The position numbers and the translations under genes were made by a program. This document shows, one piece after another, positions 21,110 to 31,802 of a stretch of 44,597 nt of DNA; position 1 is the stretch's first letter, and each line of letters starts with the position of its first letter. Location of the stretch: positions 1-44,597 of the IMG/VR virus record IMGVR_UViG_3300029996_000048. One strand, given 5' to 3'. The notes under the pieces were generated by a model, which was not told where the DNA came from, searched no databases, and saw only the letters and a list, made by a program, of their open reading frames with translations. The DNA comes from a virus.

Positions 21110-24100
21110 TTACGCCGCTTTCTTCCTCATGATTGCAAGCTGCTCGTCCACCCGCGCGCGGTTCCAATGGCGAATGCTCTTTCCGACGCCGAAGTCCTCA
21201 AAGAGGGCTGCACGCTGTTTATCGGAAAGCCCCTTCTGCTGATAAACAAGCTCCATGATCTGCAAGCCTTCACTGTTGCTGATGGTGTCACCGTTTTTGT
21301 CCTTCAGGCTTTTGATCCCGCCTTTCGCCAGATAGAGCGCAATATACTGGGCTTCTGAAACGCCCGTTTTTTTGACGGTATCTATGGCCTTTGCCGCCCA
21401 CCCGTCCGTTTGGTAATTGCTCACGCTCATTTTCCCAACGATGTTGGCATATTCGTAGGCTTTCGCAACGGCATCTGCCTTATCGCCGTCGCTCATGGAC
21501 TTATAGCTCGCAAGTCCCGTGAGCTCGCTGACGATCTTATAGGAAGTCTGCCCGCGCTTTGTGGCGTACTTGACGTATTCCTCGCCGGTCAACTGTTTGT
21601 TTTCCTTATTCACGGTAAAAGATTTCGGTGCGCGCTGCGGCAGGACTTTGGTTTCACCGGTCGCCTCATACAGGCGGCTCAATTCATCTTCCATTTTGCT
21701 GCCGCTTACCTTCGAGGTATACGCGGGATTCGCAAAATTGTTAAATGCCCGCGCGACCACGCCTCCGGAGTTTTCCGTGCGCCCCCATGCGTCGATAAAG
21801 GGAATCTGCCCGTAGTCAACGCCCGGAATACGCGCGCTGGCCTTGCCGAGCGCATATTGCATATCCGGCGTCAGGAATTTGTTCTTATCCGTATAGGTCG
21901 TCATGCGCTCGCTTTCGCCCGTGCGCTCCGCCTGCCCGAAGACCGTCGGGATACCCTGCGTCAAATAACTCGTCGCCGCGCTTGCTACCGCACTGGTTAG
22001 TGCGTTTGTGTCCCCGGAGGACGCATACCCCACCGCGTCAAAAACGTCGTTCAGGCTTTGCAGACAGCTCATGGAAAGAAGCGGGTCCGTCACGTTGCTT
22101 GCTGCCTGAAGCATATCACTCATAGTGAGATACCCGTTGTTCGCCTGCATTTGCTCGTAAAGGTTTGCCCCGACGAAAAACGGAAGCGCTTCCGGCGCAA
22201 GCCAATCCAGCGTAATACTCGTGCCATTTGGCAGCTCCATCGCATATTCCTGATGCCCTTGCAGCTCGTCGAACTTTTTCTTCTTCTCGTCATCACCGCC
22301 GCTGCCGCGAAGAATGCCCTCTTTCGCCATATAAAGGCCGAGCATCATCAGCCCCGTGCCGGTCAGACCGGCGGCGGCACGGTCGATCATTTCGGTCGCC
22401 TGCATATTACCCTTCTGCACCTGCACAAGGTCATAGCTTATGCTTTTGAGGAAACCAATAGGGCTGTATTCCACGCCGCGCACCAGAATGTTGGCTGGTG
22501 TCTTGCGGAACGGCAGGATTCCTTCGGCGAGGGTGCTTCCGAGGCGTTTCATCTTGTTATCCCCGCGGTATCTGCCGAGATCGGAGATCATCTGTGAAAA
22601 CGCATTGGTGTCTCGATAGGTTGCTTTCTGCGCCTCTCTGATCGCGTATTCGCGTGCCGCTTCAATGCCTTTCCCGCCAGCGACCTGCTCCGCGGTAATG
22701 CCATTTGCTTTGCAGAATTGCGCCAGCGCCGCCGCGTAATGCGGCTTGGAGAACCATGCGTCTTCCGCATCCAGCGCCGTGCTGTTAGATTTGCGCATCG
22801 CTTCCAGCAGCTTTGGTTTGAAGATCGTGCGCCCTTCCTCGATTTCCTGTCGCACATTGACATTATCATTGTACTTGCCGCTGCCGAGAGCCTGCTCGCG
22901 AATGTTGGCATAGTCACTCCATGCCGCCTTGATAAGCCCTGCGTCCTTCGTCGTCAGGATTGCCTTCGTGCGTCCGACTTTGCCGCCGCTCACCGCGTTC
23001 GCAGCGCTCTCAATGCCTGCGCCGATGACGTTCTTTACCGTGACAGCAGGAACAAATCCTACGTTGCCAACGATGTTGCGCACATGCGTGCGTGGATTAC
23101 CAAGCATCGAAAAGTAGCGCCAAGCGTTCCATTTGTCAATGAAGCGGCTCGGCATCTGTCTGCCGATATCGCGATAGATTTCCTTCATCGCCTCGGTGCG
23201 CGCATCGTCGTCCTTTGCGTTCAGGAACTTCTCAGCGAGGTCGCGGTCAATCTTCAGATCAGGGGCCTTTTCCCCGTACTGCTTTTTGAGATCTTCTGTC
23301 AAGTTCTCCACGCTGCGCTGCGCCGCATAAAGCTGCGTACCGGGGTCCTGCTGCTTGAGCAGCCGCGTTGCCTGCAACGCCTGTGCCGCATTTCTCTGGC
23401 GCTTTACGATGGTGTCGAGCACATCGATAGCTGTCTCCACATCACCGCTGTTTGCTGCATTGTTGTAGAGCGCCCAGCCAATCGCCGTATTCTCCTTGCT
23501 GATTCCCTCTTTGGTGGAATTTTTCCATTTATTCAAGGTCTTTTGCCAGCCTTCGGTTTTGATGCGGCTTTCTGCGTCACTGATGGCCTGCTTGTCCGTA
23601 TAGCGGTCGTAGGAGAAATCTCCTTTTGCCACCATTCGTTCCAACGTCGGCACCATTGCGTCCGGCGTTGCCTTTGCTTCCAGCACCGTGCGGATCGTGC
23701 GGCTGACGTATTTGTCGTCCGCCGTTTTCTTCGGCACTTGTACCTCTCGGTACGCGCGCTCGCCCGCAGGGATATATCCGTACTTCTCTTTCAACGCTTC
23801 ATAGTTCGCCTCGGGGATCTCACGGGAGAATGCCGCATCATTCACGCTGTTGACTTTTGCTAAACGGTCCGCCTCATCTCCGGCGATATATTCCACCGTG
23901 TTGACCCCGGCATCCTGCAATGCGGCTTTCAGCCGCTCGCTGCTATTGTCTGGGATAACGGCGGCAAGGACTTCATCGAAGCCAACGGCACGCTGGGGCT
24001 TTGCCTCAAAGTAGCCCGTAGGGATTTCCAGGGCCGCCTTAAAGATGCCTTGGATGTCCTGCGCTGTCTTGCTGCTGATTTTATACCCGTCAGCGGCAAA

Positions 24101-27100
24101 GCTCTTGATGATAGCATCCACGGTCTTTTTCCCGCCCGCAGCGTTCTTTAAGGCCGTGGCAGCATAGTCGTAGTCCATTGTGCCGCCGGTTTTCTTAACG
24201 ATTTTCCCCAGCACATTGTTGATGGCCTCGTCCACCAGCTTTACCTTTGCGTCGTATTCACTTCCTTCCTCAAGGCCCAGCCGCCCGCTGTCCGACTTGA
24301 TGTCCTGGATGCTTTTGTAGCTCGGTGTTGCAAGAGCCTGGATGCCGGTAGCCGAAACACCCCAGAAGCCTTGTCCGCGTTCGCTCTGCGCATCCCGCAT
24401 CGCCTTGACGATATTCTCCAAAGTGTAGGCATAGTGGAGCTGCCCCCATGCACGCCTGTTCCCGTTGCGGTCGATGACCTCCTTGCCGTTGTAAAGGCCC
24501 TTTCGGCCCTCTACGCCGTCAAAAAGGTTGTGCAACCACGCCTCGTACTTTGCGGGGTCAACCGCTTCACGGATAGCCTTGTGCGTTGCTTCCGCGTCAA
24601 ATTCCATCCGGCGGGTCTCCGGCCCGTTCGCCAGGTAGTTCCTTGCGCGGACCAGCTCTGGCATCAGCTTCTTGGCGGGCAGGGCCTCGCTCTCAATGCC
24701 GTGTTCAGCCAGATAGCTGCTGTACGCGGCCTCCAGTTCTGCGCCGTGTGCCTCTACCCAGCGTTTTCGCGCCAGCATGGGGCTTTCGCCACCGACCGGG
24801 CGCATCTCCCCGATGACATCCTCCCCCAGCCTTTGGATAAGGTGGTCATACAGCTTTATTTTTTCATCATCCAACCGCGTCACGGTCTCCGTGTTGATGT
24901 TTTGCACCATGTTCTGGCCACTGTCTGCCAAGAACAGATTCATCATCTGGGCATCATCTTTGTGTCGCTCCAGCAGCCCGGCCTCGCCGCCGTTGCTGTT
25001 CAATGCGTCCTCCAGCTCGTTGGCATAATTGTAGAGGGGGCGGGCATTGTCGTAGCCGACGCGTTTCACCAGCTCGTAGTATTTGCTCCGCAGTCGTTTC
25101 TCCGCGTCGCTGTTCACCTCGTATTCCAGGCGTGGAGAAGTCGGCGTCCAGGCGTCCCCGCCGTAAACCTTGTTCCGGCTGTCCGCCTGCGGGTCGATGG
25201 TGGCCTTGTTGAACACCAGGGAGATGGGGCCGTACTTGGAATGGCCCTCGCTGGCCTTGACCACCGCAATAGAGGGCATGGGTAATCCGCCCAGCTTCAG
25301 CGCGGACATGATGCTGGACTCATCCTTGTTGTGGACGGCGATCAGCTTGTCAGTCTCTTCGACCGGCGTTTCCATGCTGAACTTCAGCTTGACATTTTGT
25401 ACGCCACGAGATAGACTATCTACAGAAGCATCCCCCCGCAGAGCGCCGCTGTTCGCAGCGGAAGAGCCGTCAATTTGGGGGATGCTTCTTTCTTGCATCT
25501 GCCCAATATTATAGATCATCTTACCGTCTGCACTCTGCGCTGTCGAGATTGTGATCTTGTAATACTTCCCATCAAAATCTTTGAAAAACGCCGTGCGATA
25601 ATTCCACCCGCGACTTGCCATGCCCCCATGGCGGCTGTTATGATCTACAACGTTTCTATCCCCCTTGACAGAAATCTGCGCCAACTCGTCAATATGCGAT
25701 GCTGCATTTACTTTTCGCTCAAATACCGCCTCGCTCATAGTACGCCCATCGCTGGTGTGGTTGTCGCTCAGTTTCCCTGCCGAGGTCGCAGTCAGGGCCA
25801 ATTCGTCGCCATCCGCGCCGATAAGCTTAACGTCTTGTCCACGGCGGATTTTTCCGTTAATATAGTCTTCCAGCTGTTCGCTCCAACTCTGCGGGTCATT
25901 TCCAAAAATGACCTGTCTGTCGGCGCGGACATATTTTTTGCCATCGGCAGCCTCTTCAATGCTCGCCCTGCCATTTATTTTGCTTGGCGGCGCACGCGTG
26001 CTTTCCTGCGCAACGGTTTCACTCTCCACCTTGATATGTGCAAGAAGGAATGCTGCCGCATCGCTGATCTCGCTGTCAGCGAAAATGTTCATATCGCCGA
26101 GGCTATCACAAACGATCTCTTCCCAGATTTCCTGCGCCGTCATTTCGGTGCCGGCATAAGCATCTTCATACGCCGTGCAGAGGGAGTCGACCTCACCGCT
26201 GGTAAAGGTCTTATCGATGCGCGTGCGTACCTCGTTCAAATCGACTTCGCCCTTTGCGATCATATCATGTCCGGCCTCATGCCGCATGATCTGGTACGAC
26301 GTAAATTCCGGATGATCCGCACGGATAAATACGCGGTCACCTGAAACGTAGCCGCGCACCTGGAACGCTTTCCCGCTCTTGTCACGGAACGTCAGATTAT
26401 TCCCGGCAAAAAACGTCACGCGCAGACCGCGCTCTTTGGCGAGGTCCTTCGCCTTGCGCATTTCCGCCGTCTCGTTCTTCACAAGATAGACGCTGTCATT
26501 GACCGCGCCTCTGCCGATGCCGAAGCTCGCAGTGCTTACTTTTTCTCCATAATCGAGCGCAGCTGCTTCGCTGTCTGCGAAGTGTCTCCCTTTCTTCCGG
26601 CTCTGATCTCGTCCTGTGCTTTCTTCCACGCCTCGTACTTCTCCGCGGGGATTCGCACCGTTATCCCGTTCGCTGCCTTCGCGTAAATGTACTGCTTCTC
26701 CATGTTCGGCTCCTTCCTGCTGCGCGTATTCTGCGCGCAGCTCGTCCATTGTCACCTCTCCTGTCTCGAGGGCAAGGCGGTTGTCAGTTACATACTTGTC
26801 AAAGCCGGTCGCCTGCGCCTCTGCGCCTGCGATCTGCTGCTTTGCTGCAATATAATCCGTATTGGGGGAAACCGCCGTTCCATCAACAGCAGTGTACCCA
26901 TTCGTCAGCATGTCGTCAAGAACGATCTCGAGCGTTTTCGCCGCTTTGACGTTCTCCTGCCCGTTATCGTTGATGATGCGCTGCGCTGCATCAATGATTT
27001 GCGTGCGCGTCAGACCCTCGTCCATCGCCTTGCGCATGGCGGGGGTCTCGAATATCTGATTGCTTCGCTGGTATCCGTTTGCTGTCCGCTGCCGTGCACC

Positions 27101-28801
27101 CTTCTGCTGCCCGCGTGAAAGGCTCATATCGGCGATACCTGCGATCTGCTCTGCCGCCGCGCTATAATAGCTGTGCAGCTCGGGGTGGTCGAACTGGAAA
27201 GCGTTCACGTTTCTGCCCGATACGTTTTCCTTCGTGCGGCTGTCAATGTGCTCGCCCGTTCCTGCCGCTTTCTTCGCGTCGTTTTGCCCGGCAATATAGC
27301 CTGCATAGGCCGTCTCATTCGTCGGGTTCGGGTTCGCCTTGCCCTCCACTCCCGCGTTGTAGGCGGGCAAAAAGTCCGCGACGTGCTGCGCCGTGTCCTT
27401 GCCATCCTGGTACGAGCCGCGAATCGCCTTTCGCCCGCTCTCACCGATCATGCTGTCGTAGCGCGCAAAGAGCCGGTCAGCAATACCGTTCACAATCTCC
27501 GCGTCGCTGCGCGTCTCTGTCTGCGTCTTCGGCAGCTCGGTACGACTGTCATAATAGCGCCCACCTCGGTTGCCGATGGCCTCCACGCCGCCGCCAAGCC
27601 CGCCGAGGATACCGCCAACGAGGAAGTCGTTCAGAATTTCCGATGCTTCCAGCTCGCTATAGCTCCCACCAAGCGTCTTGCCGTTATAGATCATCTGCAA
27701 GGCAGGCTGAATGAGGTCTTCGATGGCCTCCTCGCCGCCTTCTTCCAGAAACGACAATGCGATCTTTCCCGCCGCGCTGCGGGTCAGATTCTGCGTCGCT
27801 CTTTCGATGACGTCATCAAGGAAGCCCTTGCCGAACATCTTCTTGAACGGTGCTGCCGCGTTGCCGATCTTCTCGGTTGCCACGCTGAGTGCACCGCTCG
27901 CAAGGCCATAGTTGACCTGCTGCTCGCGCGTTGCGCCCGCTCTGCGCGCCTGCTGCGCGCCTCCACCCGCGCTGCGCATGAACATCGGGAAGAGCGCGCT
28001 GCCGCCCATAAAAGGCGTGAGGGCAATATCCATCCCCATCTGCGCACCCGCGACGCCCGCGTCAACGGCGAGTTGTCCGGCCTTGCCGAGCCCGCTTTTC
28101 GCCTTGTTGATATCCTTTGCGCCGCTGTCGGCCAGCCTGTCAGCGATGTCATAGGCTCCCACTGCGGCCTTTTCCCCGCTCTCGATGATCTTGCCGTACT
28201 TCTCACGCTCGCTGCGAGCGATGGCAATCGCCTCTTTCGTGTCGGCAATATCCTGCGCCGTCATCGACGGATCGCTCAGCGTCGCTTCCAATGCCGCAAT
28301 CTGCTGGTCCAACGTCTCCGCCTGAGCGCGATAGACCGGTGACATCGCTGTGCCGCCCTGCCCCTGCGCCACCACGCCGCCGAGATTGACAAAGCCCGCG
28401 CCATAGGTTTTCGCCGCGCCCTTGACGGTGTTGCCGACGCGCTGCGCGACCGTGGGGGCTTTTACCTCCTGCACGTGCTGTTCGAACGCTTCTTTGCTCT
28501 GGTAGTTCTTCGCGTCCTTCTTCTGTAAGGCCCCCTGCGCAAGATTCTGCGCAAGCGCGCTTTGATTTTTTGGCGTCACGACATTCTGCCGCGTGCGGAA
28601 CATGGGGCTGCTCGCCTTTGCGGGAATCGTTGCCGCCTTGCTCGGTTGCACTGTCGGCTTCTTCTGCACCACATTGCCCGTAGGGGATGTGTGCTGCACA
28701 TCCCCCGTTCTCACAAGCCTGCCGTGCGTGCCGGTTCCAACAACCGTTGTCTGGCCCTTGCTCGCTTCCACTTCCGGATTCGCTTTTACTAATCGTCCCA
28801 T
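21110..28801 (-). CDS. 2563-aa polyvalent virion/ejection protein with zincin HEXXH motif
   Basis: One uninterrupted ORF closes the structural operon. Gly/Ala-rich hydrophobic N-terminal third; IMRHEAGHDMI (HEAGH at 26267..26281); a ...YYKITISTAQSADGKMIYNIG module; hydrophobic helices in the C-terminal third. Confidence 0.8.
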   Translation of the reverse strand: MGRLVKANPEVEASKGQTTVVGTGTHGRLVRTGDVQHTSPTGNVVQKKPTVQPSKAATIPAKASSPMFRTRQNVVTPKNQSALAQNLAQGALQKKDAKNYQSKEAFEQHVQEVKAPTVAQRVGNTVKGAAKTYGAGFVNLGGVVAQGQGGTAMSPVYRAQAETLDQQIAALEATLSDPSMTAQDIADTKEAIAIARSEREKYGKIIESGEKAAVGAYDIADRLADSGAKDINKAKSGLGKAGQLAVDAGVAGAQMGMDIALTPFMGGSALFPMFMRSAGGGAQQARRAGATREQQVNYGLASGALSVATEKIGNAAAPFKKMFGKGFLDDVIERATQNLTRSAAGKIALSFLEEGGEEAIEDLIQPALQMIYNGKTLGGSYSELEASEILNDFLVGGILGGLGGGVEAIGNRGGRYYDSRTELPKTQTETRSDAEIVNGIADRLFARYDSMIGESGRKAIRGSYQDGKDTAQHVADFLPAYNAGVEGKANPNPTNETAYAGYIAGQNDAKKAAGTGEHIDSRTKENVSGRNVNAFQFDHPELHSYYSAAAEQIAGIADMSLSRGQQKGARQRTANGYQRSNQIFETPAMRKAMDEGLTRTQIIDAAQRIINDNGQENVKAAKTLEIVLDDMLTNGYTAVDGTAVSPNTDYIAAKQQIAGAEAQATGFDKYVTDNRLALETGEVTMDELRAEYAQQEGAEHGEAVHLREGSERDNGANPRGEVRGVEESTGRDQSRKKGRHFADSEAAALDYGEKVSTASFGIGRGAVNDSVYLVKNETAEMRKAKDLAKERGLRVTFFAGNNLTFRDKSGKAFQVRGYVSGDRVFIRADHPEFTSYQIMRHEAGHDMIAKGEVDLNEVRTRIDKTFTSGEVDSLCTAYEDAYAGTEMTAQEIWEEIVCDSLGDMNIFADSEISDAAAFLLAHIKVESETVAQESTRAPPSKINGRASIEEAADGKKYVRADRQVIFGNDPQSWSEQLEDYINGKIRRGQDVKLIGADGDELALTATSAGKLSDNHTSDGRTMSEAVFERKVNAASHIDELAQISVKGDRNVVDHNSRHGGMASRGWNYRTAFFKDFDGKYYKITISTAQSADGKMIYNIGQMQERSIPQIDGSSAANSGALRGDASVDSLSRGVQNVKLKFSMETPVEETDKLIAVHNKDESSIMSALKLGGLPMPSIAVVKASEGHSKYGPISLVFNKATIDPQADSRNKVYGGDAWTPTSPRLEYEVNSDAEKRLRSKYYELVKRVGYDNARPLYNYANELEDALNSNGGEAGLLERHKDDAQMMNLFLADSGQNMVQNINTETVTRLDDEKIKLYDHLIQRLGEDVIGEMRPVGGESPMLARKRWVEAHGAELEAAYSSYLAEHGIESEALPAKKLMPELVRARNYLANGPETRRMEFDAEATHKAIREAVDPAKYEAWLHNLFDGVEGRKGLYNGKEVIDRNGNRRAWGQLHYAYTLENIVKAMRDAQSERGQGFWGVSATGIQALATPSYKSIQDIKSDSGRLGLEEGSEYDAKVKLVDEAINNVLGKIVKKTGGTMDYDYAATALKNAAGGKKTVDAIIKSFAADGYKISSKTAQDIQGIFKAALEIPTGYFEAKPQRAVGFDEVLAAVIPDNSSERLKAALQDAGVNTVEYIAGDEADRLAKVNSVNDAAFSREIPEANYEALKEKYGYIPAGERAYREVQVPKKTADDKYVSRTIRTVLEAKATPDAMVPTLERMVAKGDFSYDRYTDKQAISDAESRIKTEGWQKTLNKWKNSTKEGISKENTAIGWALYNNAANSGDVETAIDVLDTIVKRQRNAAQALQATRLLKQQDPGTQLYAAQRSVENLTEDLKKQYGEKAPDLKIDRDLAEKFLNAKDDDARTEAMKEIYRDIGRQMPSRFIDKWNAWRYFSMLGNPRTHVRNIVGNVGFVPAVTVKNVIGAGIESAANAVSGGKVGRTKAILTTKDAGLIKAAWSDYANIREQALGSGKYNDNVNVRQEIEEGRTIFKPKLLEAMRKSNSTALDAEDAWFSKPHYAAALAQFCKANGITAEQVAGGKGIEAAREYAIREAQKATYRDTNAFSQMISDLGRYRGDNKMKRLGSTLAEGILPFRKTPANILVRGVEYSPIGFLKSISYDLVQVQKGNMQATEMIDRAAAGLTGTGLMMLGLYMAKEGILRGSGGDDEKKKKFDELQGHQEYAMELPNGTSITLDWLAPEALPFFVGANLYEQMQANNGYLTMSDMLQAASNVTDPLLSMSCLQSLNDVFDAVGYASSGDTNALTSAVASAATSYLTQGIPTVFGQAERTGESERMTTYTDKNKFLTPDMQYALGKASARIPGVDYGQIPFIDAWGRTENSGGVVARAFNNFANPAYTSKVSGSKMEDELSRLYEATGETKVLPQRAPKSFTVNKENKQLTGEEYVKYATKRGQTSYKIVSELTGLASYKSMSDGDKADAVAKAYEYANIVGKMSVSNYQTDGWAAKAIDTVKKTGVSEAQYIALYLAKGGIKSLKDKNGDTISNSEGLQIMELVYQQKGLSDKQRAALFEDFGVGKSIRHWNRARVDEQLAIMRKKAA

Positions 28802-30031
28802 TTAGCCCTCCTCGTAGGAATAGCCGTACTGCGTCAGCAGCTTCTGCATTTCTGCCTTCTGATCACTCGTCATCAGCGGCCATGCCTTGTCGAGCGTCGA
28901 AAGGATACGCTCGCCTTCACCGTTTTTCAGCGACGTGTTGAATCCGCTCAGTAGAGCAATAAACTGACCCTGCGGCAGTGTCTTGCCGCTGCTGCCGCTT
29001 CCGCTGCCGCCGCCCTGCCCCTCGAGCCAGCTCTCATAATCGTCATACAAACTGCTTGAAGAGGAAAAGCCGTACTTCTTATAGTTGTTGGAGATAAAGC
29101 TCTTGGGATAGCCGCTTGCCTGCGCCGCTGCGAACAAGCCATCATAATCCGCCTCGCCGCCGCCCGTAGGCGTGGTGCTGACGCGGGTATTTCTTCTCGC
29201 GGCCTGCTGCGCGGCCTGCTGCAATTTATACTGCCATTCCGCATTGTATCGTGCATCATCGATGGCGTCGCGTTCCTTCTGGTAGTTATAGTTCAGCTTG
29301 TCCTGCTGCTTCTGATACGCCAGCGCATCCGCCGTCTGCTGGTCGCCCACCTGATCGCGCGCAAGCTGATAGAGGTAATTGCGGTCAGCCAGCCAGCGGT
29401 TGTAGTTGTTGTCCTCAAGGCCGATGAGCGTATTCAGGTCGGCGCGGTCGCCGCTCAATTTATCCTGATACATGCTATAGGCAAGCTGCTGTAATTCGGG
29501 GATCTTGTCCGTCATCTGGCTCATCTGGTAGTCGCTCGCCTGCTGGCTCGCTGCCACCGCCGCCGTGGACGGCATCCCGCCCGTCATCACTGCCGCCTTG
29601 CCGAGCACATCCTCCGCGCTGCGGTCTGCCTCGCGCGTATACTGCTTTCGGTACTGCTGATAGAGTGGGTCGCTCACCGCGTCGTAGGAAAACGGCGTGC
29701 GATTCAGCAGCGCGTCGAGCTTTGCGCCGATCTGTCCGCTCTGATCGTAGTTGTAGCTGCTGTCGCCCAGCTTATCGAGCCAGCTCGTGTCAGCCTTTGC
29801 AGGGCTCGCACCCGTTCCGAGTTTGATGTACTTGCTGCCGTCCACGCCGCCGGAATAGTCGTACTTCGCACGAATTTTCTCCGCCGCGTCGTGCGCCGCC
29901 TGCTGGCCCGCCTTGTCTCCCTCGGCATATGCCTTGTTGTAGGCCTCGGTATACTGCCGGATGAGATCAAGGTCGCCCGAATCGTTGATGAGCGTCAGGT
30001 CTGTATTCTTGTGTTTGAAATTATCTGCCAT
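28802..30031 (-). CDS. putative internal virion/ejection protein
   Basis: 409 aa, Q/Y/D-rich and predicted helical, with a GGGSGSGSSG linker. Sits immediately upstream of the giant protein. Confidence 0.4.
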   Translation of the reverse strand: MADNFKHKNTDLTLINDSGDLDLIRQYTEAYNKAYAEGDKAGQQAAHDAAEKIRAKYDYSGGVDGSKYIKLGTGASPAKADTSWLDKLGDSSYNYDQSGQIGAKLDALLNRTPFSYDAVSDPLYQQYRKQYTREADRSAEDVLGKAAVMTGGMPSTAAVAASQQASDYQMSQMTDKIPELQQLAYSMYQDKLSGDRADLNTLIGLEDNNYNRWLADRNYLYQLARDQVGDQQTADALAYQKQQDKLNYNYQKERDAIDDARYNAEWQYKLQQAAQQAARRNTRVSTTPTGGGEADYDGLFAAAQASGYPKSFISNNYKKYGFSSSSSLYDDYESWLEGQGGGSGSGSSGKTLPQGQFIALLSGFNTSLKNGEGERILSTLDKAWPLMTSDQKAEMQKLLTQYGYSYEEG

Positions 30032-30038
30032 TGTCCCC

Positions 30039-31625
30039 TCACTTTCTGCCGCCCGTCACGTATTCGTACTCGAGCGCATAGAGCCGGTATTCTCCTGTGG
30101 CTTTGATTTTTAATCTAAAGTGGTCGCAGCGGCGGATCGGGCAGTTGAGCGTGAAAACGTCTTTCTCCTGTGCCCCGCAGCGGTCGACCTCTTCCCACGC
30201 GCCGCCGTCGAACTTGACAAGGAACACGACCGTTGCGCCCTTTTCGCATTCCAGCCGCGCCCGTACGCGCTGCACGCGCTTCGCGTCGAATGAGCCGCCG
30301 TCATAGTCAGCAAACTCCGCCTCGCTAATAACAGCTCCCTCGCGTGTTGCGCCGGTCGGGATATCTGCCGGATTCCCCAGCAGCACGCACCCGCCGTCTA
30401 CTAAGGCCATGATACCGCCCGAATAGGCCATTTGCACCACGGCAAGCGCATCTTCCTTATGCCACACGCCGTTCTCGCTGCTGTAGCAGTACAGCGCCGC
30501 CTTGCCATCCTCTTTCAGGCTCACGTAGTAGTTGAGGCCGTCGCTTCCTCCCACCGCGTCGGAGAGGCGCACATCGTCGCCCAGCGTGCGGGAGATGCAG
30601 CGCGGCATTCCTCCGCTGTACGCCATGACGCCGACCTTTGAGAGGTAATAGAGCGTTTCACCCGCCACAGCAAGGCTCTTGTGGCTGCCCTTCATCACGC
30701 CGAGAACAGCACTCGACATGAGCTGGAAGTTTGTCGGAATCGTGCCGTACATCTTGAATATTTTGTCTTCTTTGAAAAAGCACGGGTAGCCAAGGTAGCT
30801 CACGCACGCCGTGAACGCTCCCGCCGTGCCGCTCTCCACGCTGAACGCGTCCGTGGATAGCCCGTCAAACACATTCCAGTTGTACGGGTCGCCGAGCTTT
30901 GAAGCAAAGATGCTGTCGCCCTTGCAGCCCCACACGCGGTTTTCGTTCGTGCAGACGAAGTCCATATCGGGAACGCTGCGCTTGAGCGTGACTGTTCCGG
31001 GCTCCGTGATGCTTTCCTGCCCATCGGGCAGGCGGAAAGTATTTTCATAAAAGCGCAGCGTCTTTTTGTCCTCGCTGATCTCGCGGATGATGGGCGTGCG
31101 GTTGTTGTAGGGCTCCTTTGTGCAGCCAGAGATCGTCACCGCGTCGCCCACGTTGAATGGGAACGCCGCGCCGGTCGTCGTGATGCTGTTTGCCGCCGCC
31201 TTTTCGTCGGCATACGTGCCATTCCCGAATTTCAGCCCCGCCGCGGCGTAGCTCGCCTCCATCGGCTTGATCGTGCCGTCTTTTTCGCACACAATCTTAT
31301 CAGGGAAGATGAGCACGCGTTCTCCCAGCGCACAGAAAGTCTTTTCGCTGTCTGCGACCGTCGTCTTCTCTTCGCCGTTGATGTAGAGCTTCGTTCCGTA
31401 TACCTCGTAGAGCTTGCCTGCGCTGAAAATGCCGTTCGCCTTGCCCATACCCTTTCGGACGGTATAGCGCCGCGCACGGGGGGCAAGAAGCGGGAAGTAT
31501 CGCGCCGACAGGTTTTTCATGTCGTAGAGCTCGCCGCCCGCCGCGCCGAATGTGTGGTTGATCCCGCCAAATTTCTCCTGCTGCACGCGCCGATTCATAT
31601 ACGCCGTGATCTCAGGCAGTCTCAT
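30039..31625 (-). CDS. putative tail hub/nozzle-like structural protein
   Basis: 528-aa beta-rich ORF in the tail region. Assignment rests on size and position only. Confidence 0.35.
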   Translation of the reverse strand: MRLPEITAYMNRRVQQEKFGGINHTFGAAGGELYDMKNLSARYFPLLAPRARRYTVRKGMGKANGIFSAGKLYEVYGTKLYINGEEKTTVADSEKTFCALGERVLIFPDKIVCEKDGTIKPMEASYAAAGLKFGNGTYADEKAAANSITTTGAAFPFNVGDAVTISGCTKEPYNNRTPIIREISEDKKTLRFYENTFRLPDGQESITEPGTVTLKRSVPDMDFVCTNENRVWGCKGDSIFASKLGDPYNWNVFDGLSTDAFSVESGTAGAFTACVSYLGYPCFFKEDKIFKMYGTIPTNFQLMSSAVLGVMKGSHKSLAVAGETLYYLSKVGVMAYSGGMPRCISRTLGDDVRLSDAVGGSDGLNYYVSLKEDGKAALYCYSSENGVWHKEDALAVVQMAYSGGIMALVDGGCVLLGNPADIPTGATREGAVISEAEFADYDGGSFDAKRVQRVRARLECEKGATVVFLVKFDGGAWEEVDRCGAQEKDVFTLNCPIRRCDHFRLKIKATGEYRLYALEYEYVTGGRK

Positions 31626-31797
31626 CCGGCCCCTCGCTTTCTTTCTTCTCCGGTGCTTCCGTGCCGTCGCAGATCATCGCAATATTGCGAAGCGACTGTC
31701 GCACCGCTGCCACCACGTCGACGGCATCACCGTTGACGTTCAAAATGCCGATCAGGCGCATCGCGTGCGCCGCTTCCTGCTTGATCTTTTCATTCAT
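31612..31797 (-). CDS. small hypothetical structural-module protein
   Basis: GGAGG RBS before the ATG at 31797 (MNEKIKQEAAHAMRLIGILNVNGD...). Confidence 0.45.
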   Translation of the reverse strand: MNEKIKQEAAHAMRLIGILNVNGDAVDVVAAVRQSLRNIAMICDGTEAPEKKESEGPDETA

Positions 31798-31802
31798 GCT
31801 CT

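Noticed and set aside
21410-28342. Many 60-390-aa plus-strand ORFs inside the giant gene (e.g. 22718..23863, 24371..25285, 25475..26344, 27173..28342)
   Set aside because: All are antisense to one continuous 2563-codon frame and are Arg/Leu/Ala-rich. They are typical shadow ORFs of GC-rich coding DNA.
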